Shown one piece after another: positions 41,807 to 54,892 of a stretch of 64,000 nucleotides of DNA. Where the stretch lies: NCBI GenBank assembly GCA_050246815.1, contig JBFWVI010000003.1, positions 1 through 64,000 on the forward strand. Reading direction: 5' to 3'. The DNA comes from Bdellovibrionales bacterium. GTDB lineage: Bacteria > Bdellovibrionota > Bdellovibrionia > Bdellovibrionales > UBA1609. The notes under the pieces were generated by a model. The model ran no database searches. It saw only the letters and a list, made by a program, of their open reading frames with translations, and was not told the DNA's origin. Every line of letters begins with the position of its first letter. Within the stretch, counting starts at the first letter, position 1. The position numbers and the translations under genes are program-made.

Positions 41807-42946
41807 ATGCATTTCAGTCGGCTGCGGCTCAAGAATTTTAGAAACTATCAAGATCTTGAGTTGCAGTTCAATCCGGGAGTCAACATCTTCGTTGGCCAAA
41901 ACGGGCAAGGGAAAACAAACTTAGTTGAGGCTCTTCATCTTTTGGTGAAAGGCGATTCGTTTCGTGCCGGGTTGCCGGAAGTTTGGCTTCGTAAGGTGGA
42001 AGAAGGACACGCTGACTTTGCCACTTTACAGGCCTCCGTACATAAAGCTGGTCTCAGTAATGAATTGGAAATGCGTTACCATGGTGGCAAAAGACAATTT
42101 TTTGTCGACCAAAAAAAAGTGATCAGCAATATTTTGCCAGAACGCTATCCGGCCGTGCTTTTTAGTCCAGAAAGTTTGGCTGCAATCAAAGAAGGTCCTG
42201 ATCAACGCCGTCAATTGATCGATGACGCGCTGATGTCGCATGGCGAAGGAGCCCGGGTGACGGATTTCAAAAGAGCCTTGCGCTCAAGAAATCGCCTGCT
42301 GCGCGACTTTAAAGCCGGCATTTACCAAGAGACCCAAATCCTTGAACTGCTTGAGGCCTTCGATCAAGTCTACCTTCCCTTGGCAGCAAAGCTTGCCAGC
42401 GAACGAATACGACGTTTAAACGAGCTTGAGCCCTTGATCCGCGACGCTGTTCGTTCGATTGCGCCGGAAGATCTTGGGGATATCTCTGTGGATTACGAAA
42501 TTTCAGACCGAAGCGCGCGCGAGTATGATTTGCATGAGATTTTACAGACCATGCGTAATAGATTGAAATTACTAAGAAAATCAGAACTTTCGTATGGGGC
42601 CTCTTTGGTGGGCCCACACAAGCACGAGGTGCACTTCCTAAGTGCTGGAAATGACGCGCGTTATTTCTGTTCGCAAGGGCAACAAAGAGCCCTCATTTTA
42701 GGTTTCAAGATGGCGCAAATCATGTATCATTACTCGACTTTTCAGGTTCATCCTTTGTTACTTTTGGATGATGTTTTGTCCGAGTTGGATCCGCATAAAG
42801 GAGCCAACTTACTCAAATTTTTGGAAGGTATCCGTTCGCAGATTTTACTGACGACGACGGATATTTCTTTCCCGTTTGAGTTCGGCAACAAAGGGATGAG
42901 CGTGTATCGGATGAAAAGCGGCGCGGTTGAAGAGCTGCGCCCTTAA
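41807..42946 (+). CDS. recF: DNA replication/repair protein RecF
   Basis: NFRNY, GQNGQGKTN, GPH, SQGQQR, LLLDDVLSELD. Confidence 0.95.
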   Translation: MHFSRLRLKNFRNYQDLELQFNPGVNIFVGQNGQGKTNLVEALHLLVKGDSFRAGLPEVWLRKVEEGHADFATLQASVHKAGLSNELEMRYHGGKRQFFVDQKKVISNILPERYPAVLFSPESLAAIKEGPDQRRQLIDDALMSHGEGARVTDFKRALRSRNRLLRDFKAGIYQETQILELLEAFDQVYLPLAAKLASERIRRLNELEPLIRDAVRSIAPEDLGDISVDYEISDRSAREYDLHEILQTMRNRLKLLRKSELSYGASLVGPHKHEVHFLSAGNDARYFCSQGQQRALILGFKMAQIMYHYSTFQVHPLLLLDDVLSELDPHKGANLLKFLEGIRSQILLTTTDISFPFEFGNKGMSVYRMKSGAVEELRP

Positions 42947-45403
<2,457 letters not shown>

Positions 45404-45415
45404 AGGGATAACCGC

Positions 45416-47869
45416 ATGGATCGTCTTCCTGAACAATTGGGTGTTTCTGACGTCGACATCAATAAAGAAATGCGCGAAGCGTACCTGCAATATTCGATGA
45501 GCGTCATTGTAGGCCGCGCGCTACCAGATGTGCGCGATGGATTGAAGCCGGTTCATCGACGCTGCCTGTTTGCGATGAATGAACTCAGCAACACGCACGA
45601 TAAGCCTTACAAAAAATCCGCCCGTATCGTCGGTGATGTGATCGGTAAGTATCACCCCCATGGCGATATGTCGGTTTACGACACCATCGTGCGTATGGCC
45701 CAAGATTTTTCGTTGCGCTACCCGCTAGTGGACGGCCAAGGTAACTTTGGCTCCGTCGACGGCGATTCTCCGGCAGCGGCCCGTTATACGGAAATTCGCA
45801 TGACCAAGCTGACGGAAGAGTTGCTGGCCGATATCGAAAAAGACACGGTCCCCTTCGGCTGGAACTACGATGATTCGCTTTTGATCCCGCAAATTTTGCC
45901 GGCGAAGTTTCCAAATCTTTTAGTGAACGGAAGTTCGGGTATTGCGGTGGGTATGGCCACCAATATTCCCCCGCATAATTTGGGTGAAGTAATTGATGGC
46001 TGTATCGCGCTGATCAAAAATCCTGAAACCACTTTGGATGAGATCATTCGCTTGATTCCGGGGCCGGACTTTCCCACGGCCGGCGTGATTGCGGGTGCTA
46101 ACGGAATTTTGTCGGCTTATAAAACCGGCCGCGGCGTCATCAACCTAAAGGCAGTCGCCGAAATTGAAATGAAAAAGGACCGCGAAGAAATCATCGTCAC
46201 CGAAATTCCTTACCAGGTGAACAAAGCCAAGCTGATCGAGTCGATGGCAGACTTGGTCAAAGACAAAAAGATCGAAGGCATCGCCGATATTCGTGACGAA
46301 TCCAGTCGCGAAGGCATGCGTATCGTGATTCAGTTAAAACGTGGCGAGAACGCCCAAGTTGTATTGAATCGCCTTTATAAGTTCACCCAGATGCAAGTGA
46401 GCTTTGGCATCATCATGTTGGCCTTGGATGCCCGAAACCAGCCGAAAGTATTTAATCTTAAAGAGGTTTTGGAAGCTTTTATCACCCACCGCAAAGACGT
46501 CGTCACCCGACGCTGCATCTTTGATTTGCGCAAAGCCGAGGCCCGAGCACACATTTTGGAAGGCTTGAAAAAAGCTTTGGACCAGATCGATGCCGTGATC
46601 GCGACCATTCGCGCCGCCAAAGAAGCAGATGTCGCCAAAGAGAACTTGATGAGCAAGTTCAGCTTCAGCGACAAACAGGCGGTCGCGATTTTAGAAATGC
46701 GCTTGCAGCGCTTAACCGGCCTGGAGCGACAGAAAATTTTAGACGAACTGGCCGAAGTCAGCAAAACCATCGCTTGGCTGAAAAAAGTTTTGGGCGATGT
46801 GGGTGAGATCTACAAGCTCATCATGGGCGAGCTAGAAGAAATCAAAAAGAATTTTTCAGATCCCCGCCGCACGAAAATTGAAAGAAGCGGCGAAGAGCTG
46901 CAAGACGAAGATTTGATTGCCCGCGAAGAGATGGTCGTGTCGATGACCCAGGCAGGCTATATCAAACGCATCCCTGTAGATGAGTACCGCGTGCAAAAAC
47001 GCGGCGGCAAAGGCTTAAAAGGGGCCGAGACGCGCGAAGAAGATTTTGTGAACCGAGTTTTTGTTGCGGACACGCTGACGATGATTTTGGCGTTCTCAGA
47101 TCGTGGAAAAATGTATTGGTTGAAAGTGCACCAAATTCCTTTGGGTTCGCGCACCTCAAAAGGCAAAGCGATCAATAACATTGTCAACCTATCGCCCGGT
47201 GAAACGATTCGAACAATTTTGCCCATCAGTCAGTTTACGGCCGAGCATTTTGTGGTCATGCTCACGCAAAAAGGCACAATTAAGAAAACTTCGCTTGAAT
47301 CGTTCTCGAAACCACGCCCGTCTGGGCTTATCGCTTTAACCATCGAGCTGGATGACAATCTGAGCGATGCTAAAATTTCCACCGGCAACGACGACATCTT
47401 TATTGTCACCAAAGACGGGATGTCGATCCGTTTTGACGAGAACGAAGTGCGTGCTATGGGGCGCACCGCGCGCGGCGTACGGGGCATCTCGCTGGCCAAG
47501 GACGATATCGTCATTGGTATGGAAGTGATTGCCAAAGACAGCAAAGAAACTGTCTTGATGGTGACTAAAAATGGATATGGTAAGCGCACCTCGATGGAAG
47601 AATACCGACTGCAAGGCCGCGGTGGCGTCGGCATCATCACACAAAAAACCACTGACAAAGTCGGCGATGTGGTCAGTGCTCGCCTGGTCACGGATCAAGA
47701 GCAAATTTTAATCATGACCAACAATGGTCAATCCATTCGAACAAGCTGCAAAGAAATATCGGTTTTGGGCCGTAACACTCAAGGTGTACGTTTGATGAAT
47801 TTAAAAGATGACGAAACCGTCACCAGTGTAGCGGCATTGGCAGAGGAAGACGACAGCAAGGCGGAATGA
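45416..47869 (+). CDS. gyrA: DNA gyrase subunit A
   Basis: [22 protein letters not shown] catalytic Tyr, GyrA-box QKRGGKG. Confidence 0.98.
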   Translation: MDRLPEQLGVSDVDINKEMREAYLQYSMSVIVGRALPDVRDGLKPVHRRCLFAMNELSNTHDKPYKKSARIVGDVIGKYHPHGDMSVYDTIVRMAQDFSLRYPLVDGQGNFGSVDGDSPAAARYTEIRMTKLTEELLADIEKDTVPFGWNYDDSLLIPQILPAKFPNLLVNGSSGIAVGMATNIPPHNLGEVIDGCIALIKNPETTLDEIIRLIPGPDFPTAGVIAGANGILSAYKTGRGVINLKAVAEIEMKKDREEIIVTEIPYQVNKAKLIESMADLVKDKKIEGIADIRDESSREGMRIVIQLKRGENAQVVLNRLYKFTQMQVSFGIIMLALDARNQPKVFNLKEVLEAFITHRKDVVTRRCIFDLRKAEARAHILEGLKKALDQIDAVIATIRAAKEADVAKENLMSKFSFSDKQAVAILEMRLQRLTGLERQKILDELAEVSKTIAWLKKVLGDVGEIYKLIMGELEEIKKNFSDPRRTKIERSGEELQDEDLIAREEMVVSMTQAGYIKRIPVDEYRVQKRGGKGLKGAETREEDFVNRVFVADTLTMILAFSDRGKMYWLKVHQIPLGSRTSKGKAINNIVNLSPGETIRTILPISQFTAEHFVVMLTQKGTIKKTSLESFSKPRPSGLIALTIELDDNLSDAKISTGNDDIFIVTKDGMSIRFDENEVRAMGRTARGVRGISLAKDDIVIGMEVIAKDSKETVLMVTKNGYGKRTSMEEYRLQGRGGVGIITQKTTDKVGDVVSARLVTDQEQILIMTNNGQSIRTSCKEISVLGRNTQGVRLMNLKDDETVTSVAALAEEDDSKAE

Positions 47870-48675
47870 AGAATTTTTTTGCGGCCGGCCTTATCTTGGT
47901 TTCAATATTCGGCGTGGCGGGCTGTAATATTTCGTTTCAAAGATGGCAATTTCGCACGGCCAATAAGATGGCCGCAAATAAAGAACATAAAATGGCAGTG
48001 GATCTTTATTCACGGGTAATGAAGCGTGCACCCACACAGCCGCTTGCGATAGAAGCAGCTCGAATGGGTGCGCGCCTGGCCAGCTATGAGGTTAAGGATT
48101 ATGCCAAGGCGGTCGAATTTTACAGTCATATCGTATTGTATTCGCCCGATCCCAGCGAGCGTTTGACGGCGCAGAAGTCACTGACGGAAATTCAGTTTGA
48201 AAAGCTGATGAATTACGATCAGGCACTTATTGAGTTGAATCACCTAATTCCCCTGCTGCCGCCCAAAGAGCGTGCACCGTATCAACTGCAGGTCGCTCAC
48301 AGCTACTTCAATTTGAACAATTCATCGCAAGCCCTGATTGAAGTCGATGAATTGCTGAGTAAAAGAATCAGCTCGGATCTACGTTTCGAGGCCCTGGTTT
48401 TCAAGGGCAACCTGCTTCAAGCGGCGAAACGTTTAGACGAAGCGATCAAAGTCTTTACGGGCTTGCGTAAAGACTTTGAAAGTCGCGCGGCAGCCGAGAA
48501 TATAGGTATGAGCCTGGCCATTTGTTATGAAGAGAAAAGTGACCTGAAATCGGCCATTGAAGTCTTAGAAGACATGAAAAAGCATCATGCCAACCCAGAT
48601 TTTATCCAAATCCGTATTGCGCGCTTAAAAGAACGTTTGGCCAATCTGCCCGGTGCCCAGGGGTTCAAACGATGA
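47866..48675 (+). CDS. TPR-repeat lipoprotein
   Basis: Lipobox VAG|C; repeated helical TPR-like segments ([32 protein letters not shown]). Confidence 0.8.
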   Translation: MKNFFAAGLILVSIFGVAGCNISFQRWQFRTANKMAANKEHKMAVDLYSRVMKRAPTQPLAIEAARMGARLASYEVKDYAKAVEFYSHIVLYSPDPSERLTAQKSLTEIQFEKLMNYDQALIELNHLIPLLPPKERAPYQLQVAHSYFNLNNSSQALIEVDELLSKRISSDLRFEALVFKGNLLQAAKRLDEAIKVFTGLRKDFESRAAAENIGMSLAICYEEKSDLKSAIEVLEDMKKHHANPDFIQIRIARLKERLANLPGAQGFKR

Positions 48676-48896
48676 AACTTCCCCGAAACAGCCCTTTTGC
48701 GGTGTTTGCAGGAATCGGTTTTGAGATCGTGGGGCTGATTCTGGGGGCGGTTTGGTTGGGTGGGTACCTAGACCGCAAATTCGGTCTGCAAGGCATCTTC
48801 ACGCTGATTTTGATTCTGCTGGCGGCAACAGGTTGGATGCTTCACGTTTTCTTCTTATTACGGCGACTTAATCAAAATTCATCGGACCAAAAATGA
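48672..48896 (+). CDS. AtpZ/AtpI-family (ATPase gene 1) small membrane protein
   Basis: Two TM helices around GGYLDRKFG; upstream of atpB. Confidence 0.8.
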   Translation: MKLPRNSPFAVFAGIGFEIVGLILGAVWLGGYLDRKFGLQGIFTLILILLAATGWMLHVFFLLRRLNQNSSDQK

Positions 48897-49252
48897 GACT
48901 GAAAACAGGCTATCCGGGGGTGATCCAGTTCCATACCCTCTTGATTGTACTGCTTACGGTGACAACCGAATTTCTGTTTGGCCAAAGCCGCGCCACGTCA
49001 TTTATGGCCGGAGCACTGGTGATTTGGCTCAATTGGTGGATTCTGGGTTTGAGCTGGAGGCACGTTGAGGGAAAAAAACCAATTGCTCTGGCGGCAGGTC
49101 TCATTGTAATCAAGTATCCGCTTTTAGCCGCAATATGTCTGCTTTGCCTTCGCCAGGAATGGTTCAGGCTGGGTTGGTTTGCCGCTGGGATCGCAACGGT
49201 GATTCCCGCGGGATTTTGGGGAGCTCTTCGGGGCCGCAAAATTAAAACATAG
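48893..49252 (+). CDS. atpI: ATP synthase I-like membrane protein
   Basis: Four hydrophobic segments with GALVIWLN and IKY; directly before atpB. Confidence 0.65.
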   Translation: MRLKTGYPGVIQFHTLLIVLLTVTTEFLFGQSRATSFMAGALVIWLNWWILGLSWRHVEGKKPIALAAGLIVIKYPLLAAICLLCLRQEWFRLGWFAAGIATVIPAGFWGALRGRKIKT

Positions 49253-49271
49253 ATTTTAGGAAGTACGAGTT

Positions 49272-49961
49272 TTGGTACACTTCAATTGGACACAATTAAT
49301 TCCAGGGGTAGGTCACGATCATTTGCACACGGCAACCGCAGTTGTTGCGGGCACCGTACTTGGTGTCTTTGCTGTCGCGGGCCGATTGGCTCTTGGTTCC
49401 GGTGAGCAAGCAGTGGTTCCGGCCGGCAAATTTTCTCTCAAAGGTATTTTTGAAGTCATCACCGAATTTATTATCGGCATGGTGGACATGGTAATTGGTG
49501 AGCATGGCCGTAAGTACACCCCATTTTTTGCCGCGATATTCTTTTATATTTGGATTAACAACATGATTGGCTTGCTGCCGGGCATGACCGCGGCCACAGA
49601 CAACATGAATACGACACTGGCTCTGGGCCTGTTTGTTTTTGCGGTCTACAATACACTGGGTGTAAAAGAAAATGGCTGGGCTTACTTGAAGCACTTCTTC
49701 GGTCCTGTTTGGTGGTTGGCTTGGTTGATCGTCTTGATCGAAATCATGTCGCATCTTTTGCGCCCGATGACCCTGGGGCTTCGTCTGCGCGGAAATATTT
49801 CGGCCGATCACACAGTTTTATCGATTTTTCTAGATTTGGTTCCTTGGGTTGTTCCGATGGTTTTCTATGGCATGGGTATTTTTGTGGCTTCGATGCAAGC
49901 ATTCGTCTTTACGGTGCTATCGATGGTCTACGTTTCAATGGCAGTGGCTCACGAACATTAG
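49272..49961 (+). CDS. atpB: ATP synthase F0 subunit a
   Basis: NMIGLLPG, RPMTLGLRLRGNI (essential Arg), QAFVFTVLSMVY; TTG start. Confidence 0.95.
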   Translation: MVHFNWTQLIPGVGHDHLHTATAVVAGTVLGVFAVAGRLALGSGEQAVVPAGKFSLKGIFEVITEFIIGMVDMVIGEHGRKYTPFFAAIFFYIWINNMIGLLPGMTAATDNMNTTLALGLFVFAVYNTLGVKENGWAYLKHFFGPVWWLAWLIVLIEIMSHLLRPMTLGLRLRGNISADHTVLSIFLDLVPWVVPMVFYGMGIFVASMQAFVFTVLSMVYVSMAVAHEH

Positions 49962-50007
49962 TATTTGAAATTTAAATCAATTTATTTAACTCAAAGGGAG
50001 TAACAGA

Positions 50008-50328
50008 ATGAAAAAATTGATGTTGGTGTTGGTTGGTTTGGTTGCATCCGCTCCGGCTTGGGCACAAGAAGCAGTTGCGGCAGTGACTCATAGCGGACTG
50101 GGCGATAAAGGCTTTTACGCTCTTGGCGGTGGTATCATCTTGGGCTTGGCGGCCTTAGGCGGTACTTTGGGCCAAGGTAAAATTGGTGCGGCCGCGATGG
50201 ATGGCATTGCCCGCAACCCGCAGGCAGGCAAAGATATGTTCACGCCGATGATGATCGGTCTGGCCCTGGTCGAATCGCTTGTGATCTTGGCCTTTGCCTT
50301 GGCGTTCTTGTTCCAGATGAAAATGTAA
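50008..50328 (+). CDS. atpE: ATP synthase F0 subunit c with signal-peptide-like extension
   Basis: GIARNPQA loop, LALVESL ion-binding Glu. Confidence 0.95.
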   Translation: MKKLMLVLVGLVASAPAWAQEAVAAVTHSGLGDKGFYALGGGIILGLAALGGTLGQGKIGAAAMDGIARNPQAGKDMFTPMMIGLALVESLVILAFALAFLFQMKM

Positions 50329-50350
50329 TTTTCTGAGACAATAGATCCTT

Positions 50351-50380
50351 AAAAAGCCGACGCAATGCGCCGGCTTTTTT
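50351..50380 (+). terminator. Rho-independent terminator after atpE
   Basis: AAAAAGCCG-acgcaatgcgc-CGGCTTTTTT. Confidence 0.85.
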
Positions 50381-50482
50381 GTTTCAAAATGAGAATATGC
50401 TAAGAGTGCTTGAAGGCAGTTCGCCTTTTTGTCCATAAGTGCCAAATTCGATGACAGCGACTTCACAATCTCTTACCAATTC

Positions 50483-50490
50483 GCCGATAT
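50483..50490 (+). promoter_or_regulatory. Putative sigma28 (FliA) -10 element
   Basis: GCCGATAT (consensus GCCGATAA) 6 nt before GTG 50497; -35 match is weak. Confidence 0.45.
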
Positions 50491-50496
50491 AGAGAT

Positions 50497-52533
50497 GTGA
50501 GCGAAGAAAACAAGCCTCAACAGCCCGTCGTAACGGAAGCCACTGCCCAGACCGATCAGGTCGTGGACATTGATCAACTTGAAGTTGAAGTGCTAATTAT
50601 TTGTAAAAATCCGGCTGGGTTTCAACAGTGCGCTTCTTTTTTAAGTCGTCGCGGCTGGCCGACAACTGTGATGGGCAACTTGAGTAAAGCCATCGATTAC
50701 ATCGTTAAAAATTCACCTGATTTCGTCATGCTCAGTTGCAACCATCCAAATCCTGGAACACAAAGGCTTCCCAACCTATTGGCGCAAATGAAGACGACTT
50801 GCATTGGATTCTCTGAAACCGGAGATGCCTCGAGCAACGCAAAGCTAGCCGGTTTGGCTCTTAAGCATAAGTTGCAAGGGCTGCCCAGCGGCCCAAATGT
50901 GCAGCGCATGATCCGCAAAATTTTAATGGAGATCTACAACCCCCACGCCGCTGCAAAAGAGTCAGAGGGACAAGAGAGCAATGACGGCAAAGATAGAACC
51001 GTTGTAACGGGTTCGAACGCCAAGGGCAAAGATGGCAACTCCATTTCAATTAAGGGTTCTGAGCAGGGCAGTACTGGCCCGCTCTCGCAAGGCAAAGATG
51101 ATGACGAATCTTTGGACGTCGGCAATTATCGAATGGGGCGAAAAAAAGAAAGAAAGCGCCTTAAAGATCTCAATAGTGGAGATGGCGGTCAAAAAGAAGC
51201 CGGCGGCGAAGCCGCGCAGATCGATAAAAAGGCTTTGCTTGAATTGGCGGCTCAAAGTGATGAAAAAGCACGTGGTGAGTCAGGCATGATGTTCATGCCC
51301 AATAAGGGTGAAGACATCCAAAATCATGAACAGGAAAAAGCACGATCCGTAGACCGTAATCGCGAGGCGCAAACAGAACCCCATTTAGCTAAAGATGGTT
51401 TTAGCGCGATTCAAAAGGGTGGAAGTTCTAACGCCCACAATGCCACTCAAGAAGGTGGCGATTCACTAAAACACAATGTGACCGAGCAAGGCCCAGACTC
51501 CTTAAAGCACAGTGAGCATCAACAGGCTCAGGCGGGCAAAAGCCTCAGCAGCCAACAAAAGGCAGGGCCTGCAGCAAATGGCTTTAGCGCAGCACAGGCC
51601 GGATCCAGCGGTGACAAGGCCAACGCCGCGACACAGACGGCGACTGACCAGTCGCCTGAACTCTCGTCAACAGAAGCAGGCCGTTCGCCGAACACGAACG
51701 GCAAAAACGGAGCTCAGTCGAATGCAGGAGATGTCGCAAACGGAAGTCCTGCAAGCCAGGGACAAAATCGAAAAGAGCAACGAAATGGTCCTGTCGTTCC
51801 GATAAAACCACTAAAGACCTTTGTCGATTCAGATGGTCAAGCGCTAAAAGCGGGGTCGTTTCAATCGCTATTCGAAAAATCGATTCAAATCGCGCTTGAA
51901 CGCACATGCAAAGTCGGAATGCCTGGAAAATCAAATGAGTATGTGGACACAGTGGCCACGTTACCTATCGATTCTCCCGAGCTTTACGGCTATTTAGTTG
52001 TCAATATCGCCGGGCTAAGGCCAGAAGTTTTGATGCAGTTTATAACCGAATTTCGCTATGAACTTTGCAAAGTGATGGAAGAGCTCAACGTTCAGGCCAG
52101 TATTGAAGATGGTTTTGTGTTGGTGCAGCAGCAGTTTCACTTTATGGACTGGTCGATGCAGGAAGCGTCGCTGTGCTTAACCACTGAGCATGATGGCTAC
52201 GTTGTCGGTGTTTCTTTCTTGCCCACCGCTGAACGCTTAAAAGATCCGCGCGAAAGTGAAAAACCTGATATGGCCTTGATCAGTCTGGACCACATTGACA
52301 CCGAAAAGCCAGTGCCCTTTAAAGCCTACCTTCACTTCAAGCGTAGCGATCGGTTTTACCTTTACATCAGAAATGGTCGACGACTATTTGCAGAACAAAA
52401 ACAGCGCCTGCTAAAAAGAAAAATTTCTGACTTCTATATTAAGTCGGTGGACATCAACAATTTTCGAACATATTCGGCCGCGAACTTTATCAGTAAAAGT
52501 CTTCGAAAAATCAAAACATCGAAGGCCGGCTGA
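50497..52533 (+). CDS. Hypothetical signalling protein: pseudo-receiver domain, low-complexity linker, C-terminal domain of unknown function
   Basis: VLII...FLSRRGW..TVMGNLSKAIDYIVKNSPDFVMLS follows the CheY fold but lacks the acidic pocket and phospho-Asp; G/S/Q/E-rich centre. Confidence 0.7.
   Translation: MSEENKPQQPVVTEATAQTDQVVDIDQLEVEVLIICKNPAGFQQCASFLSRRGWPTTVMGNLSKAIDYIVKNSPDFVMLSCNHPNPGTQRLPNLLAQMKTTCIGFSETGDASSNAKLAGLALKHKLQGLPSGPNVQRMIRKILMEIYNPHAAAKESEGQESNDGKDRTVVTGSNAKGKDGNSISIKGSEQGSTGPLSQGKDDDESLDVGNYRMGRKKERKRLKDLNSGDGGQKEAGGEAAQIDKKALLELAAQSDEKARGESGMMFMPNKGEDIQNHEQEKARSVDRNREAQTEPHLAKDGFSAIQKGGSSNAHNATQEGGDSLKHNVTEQGPDSLKHSEHQQAQAGKSLSSQQKAGPAANGFSAAQAGSSGDKANAATQTATDQSPELSSTEAGRSPNTNGKNGAQSNAGDVANGSPASQGQNRKEQRNGPVVPIKPLKTFVDSDGQALKAGSFQSLFEKSIQIALERTCKVGMPGKSNEYVDTVATLPIDSPELYGYLVVNIAGLRPEVLMQFITEFRYELCKVMEELNVQASIEDGFVLVQQQFHFMDWSMQEASLCLTTEHDGYVVGVSFLPTAERLKDPRESEKPDMALISLDHIDTEKPVPFKAYLHFKRSDRFYLYIRNGRRLFAEQKQRLLKRKISDFYIKSVDINNFRTYSAANFISKSLRKIKTSKAG
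51436..51543 (+). repeat. Degenerate in-frame 36-bp tandem repeat (3 units)
   Basis: CACAAT/CACAGT units start at 51436, 51472 and 51508, encoding HNATQEGGDSLK / HNVTEQGPDSLK / HSEHQQAQAGKS. Confidence 0.7.
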
Positions 52534-52535
52534 AA

Positions 52536-53909
52536 TCACCCCTTCAGCATGGGCAAAACAATAGATTCAAATTGGTCACGAATATTTTTAAGATTTTGTG
52601 GTGAATCAGCCTCAAAACGAAGGACCAACACAGGTTGAGTGTTTGATGCCCGAGCCAGAGCCCAACCGGTTTCAAAGCTTACGCGAATTCCATCGATCAG
52701 GTTCACCTTGCAGTCCGTGCGCTTGGCAAAGGCGTCACGCAGCTTTGTCACAATTGCATGCTTTTTTTCTTCTGTCGTGTCGATGCGAATTTCGGGCGTG
52801 TTGAACGATGGGGGTAGATCCGACAGTAGCTGACGTATGGTCTTTCCGGATTTGGCTAAGATCTCGACCACGCGAAGACCCGCGTACAGGGCATCATCAT
52901 ATCCATAGTTGCGGTCGGCAAAAAAGATGTGGCCGCTAAGCTCCCCACCAAAAGGGGCTTTCTCCACCTTGATTTTTTCTTTAACTAAGCTGTGGCCGGT
53001 CTTCCACATGATCGGTTGGCCGCCGTACTTGGCGATGTAATCAAACACCCGGTCAGAACATTTGACGTCACCAATGATTTTCTCGCCGGGACGGTCGTTT
53101 AAAATGAAGCGACTGCAAAGAGCCATCAGCTCATCGCCCAAAATGATTCGCCCTTCGTCGTCCACCACGCCAATGCGATCGGCGTCGCCATCAAAACCGA
53201 TACCAACACGGGCCTTGCGCTTTTTTACCTCATGGATCAGATCCACCAAATTTTCTGCCACGGTCGGATCAGGATGATGGTTAGGAAAACGGCCATCTGG
53301 TTCTTCGAATAAAATGGTCGGCTTTAATCCAACACCCTCGTAGAGGCGACGCGCGATGCAGCCCCCCGCCCCGTTGCCGCAATCCAACACCAACGGGATG
53401 TCAGGGATTTGTCCAAACTCTTCCCGGTAGCGTTGAAGATAGGAGGGAAAGATGTCCATCGTTTCTTCGCTTCCCTGCCCTTGTAAAAAATTTTGTTTGT
53501 TTATAATGGCTTTTAACTTCTGAATCTCTTCGCCAAAAATCGTCGATTTGCCTACGGAAATTTTAAAGCCATTGTATTCGGGGGGGTTGTGGCTGCCCGT
53601 CACCATGATCGCGCCGTTCACCTGCTCTATTGTGAAAGTAGCAAAATAGCTGATCGGAGAAGTCACGAGTCCTAAATGGATGACATTGCCACCGGACTGA
53701 CAGATACCGCGCGCCAAAGCGTTGATCAGCATAGGGCTTGAAGAGCGAGCGTCATGGCCCAGGGCGACGGTAGGATTTCTGATACCTTTCTGCTGGTAAA
53801 CAAGCGTCACGTAGGCACGACCTAAGGCTTGTGCAAAATCGGCGTCGAAGTCGTGATCAACAACGCCACGGATGTCATATTCGCGAAAGACCACAGGATT
53901 CATTTTCAT
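52536..53909 (-). CDS. Phosphomannomutase/phosphoglucomutase (AlgC-like)
   Basis: FREYDIRG, TGSHNP, DGDADR, GELSGH, RASNTQP; start ATG 53909 with RBS GAGG. Confidence 0.95.
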   Translation of the reverse strand: MKMNPVVFREYDIRGVVDHDFDADFAQALGRAYVTLVYQQKGIRNPTVALGHDARSSSPMLINALARGICQSGGNVIHLGLVTSPISYFATFTIEQVNGAIMVTGSHNPPEYNGFKISVGKSTIFGEEIQKLKAIINKQNFLQGQGSEETMDIFPSYLQRYREEFGQIPDIPLVLDCGNGAGGCIARRLYEGVGLKPTILFEEPDGRFPNHHPDPTVAENLVDLIHEVKKRKARVGIGFDGDADRIGVVDDEGRIILGDELMALCSRFILNDRPGEKIIGDVKCSDRVFDYIAKYGGQPIMWKTGHSLVKEKIKVEKAPFGGELSGHIFFADRNYGYDDALYAGLRVVEILAKSGKTIRQLLSDLPPSFNTPEIRIDTTEEKKHAIVTKLRDAFAKRTDCKVNLIDGIRVSFETGWALARASNTQPVLVLRFEADSPQNLKNIRDQFESIVLPMLKG

Positions 53910-54892
53910 AACAGACCTCGTTCGGTTTGGCATAAATAGATGGCAGAAGTGAGGGCCTCAAGCATCGAACCCTCACTTGCTTGGTTTTTGGTGAAGAGTT
54001 CTTTGGCAGTTCCATGATCCACGCTGGTGCGAACAAAGGGAAGACCCATGGTCAGATGGATTCCCTGGTCAAAGCCGTGAACCATTTTGAAGGGAATTAA
54101 GCCTTGGTCATGATAGGGGCACACGTAGATTGAAATCTGCTCCTGCATGTGCGGCAAAAAGGCGGCGTCTGGAACCAGGGGCCCAAGCAACAGATGGCCG
54201 CGCTGACGAAAGCGTTTAAGCAAGGGCTGCATCAAAGAATGTTCTTCACGACCGATAAGGCCCTGCTCTCCGGCGTGGGGATTCAGCCCCACTACTGCAA
54301 TTGGTAGTGTACGTTTGGCTTTTGGCAAGAGCTGCCGAAGCTGTAGGGCGTGCTCGATTGCGAGGGAAAGCCGCTTTGCAGTCAGATGCTTTTTCACGGC
54401 GGCAAGAGGCACATGGGCCGTAGTCAAAACCACTCCAAAGTGTTCACCAACAAAGCCCATGAACAAATTTTTGCGGCCACTGATTTTCGCAAGCATTTCG
54501 GTGTGTCCCAATTGTGTAAATCCGGCGGCCTTTTGCCCGGTCTTGCTAAGAGGGCCTGTCACTAGGGCATCACAAAGACCAGCCATACAGGCGTGTGCCG
54601 AGCTCCAAACCCAGGCCGCAGGCGCTGCCGGAGAAATCACGTCAATGATTTCACGATGGTCATAGGGTAAGGTCCAAACATCGGCGTGATCCTTGATCGA
54701 AATGCGAGAAAACTTTTTTTCCAGCAAATGCAGATGCGATCGTGGACACTGTGGTGAGCGCCAAAAAAGAAACTGCACATCCTCTTGCGGGCCTAAACGA
54801 TGAAGCGCTTTGGCCGCAACCTCGCTGCCGATGCCGTCGGGGTCACCGGTGGTGATTGAAATTCGAAGATGACGATTATTTGGCTTTTGCAT
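53906..54892 (-). CDS. pdxA: 4-hydroxythreonine-4-phosphate dehydrogenase
   Basis: TGDPDGIGSE, GHTE, LNPHAGE, YHDQGLIP, RTSVDHGTA; likely start ATG 54892. Confidence 0.93.
   Translation of the reverse strand: MQKPNNRHLRISITTGDPDGIGSEVAAKALHRLGPQEDVQFLFWRSPQCPRSHLHLLEKKFSRISIKDHADVWTLPYDHREIIDVISPAAPAAWVWSSAHACMAGLCDALVTGPLSKTGQKAAGFTQLGHTEMLAKISGRKNLFMGFVGEHFGVVLTTAHVPLAAVKKHLTAKRLSLAIEHALQLRQLLPKAKRTLPIAVVGLNPHAGEQGLIGREEHSLMQPLLKRFRQRGHLLLGPLVPDAAFLPHMQEQISIYVCPYHDQGLIPFKMVHGFDQGIHLTMGLPFVRTSVDHGTAKELFTKNQASEGSMLEALTSAIYLCQTERGLL

Noticed and set aside
51436..51543. 36-bp periodicity as a possible CRISPR array
   Set aside because: Units are adjacent, degenerate and in frame within a CDS; no spacers and no cas genes.
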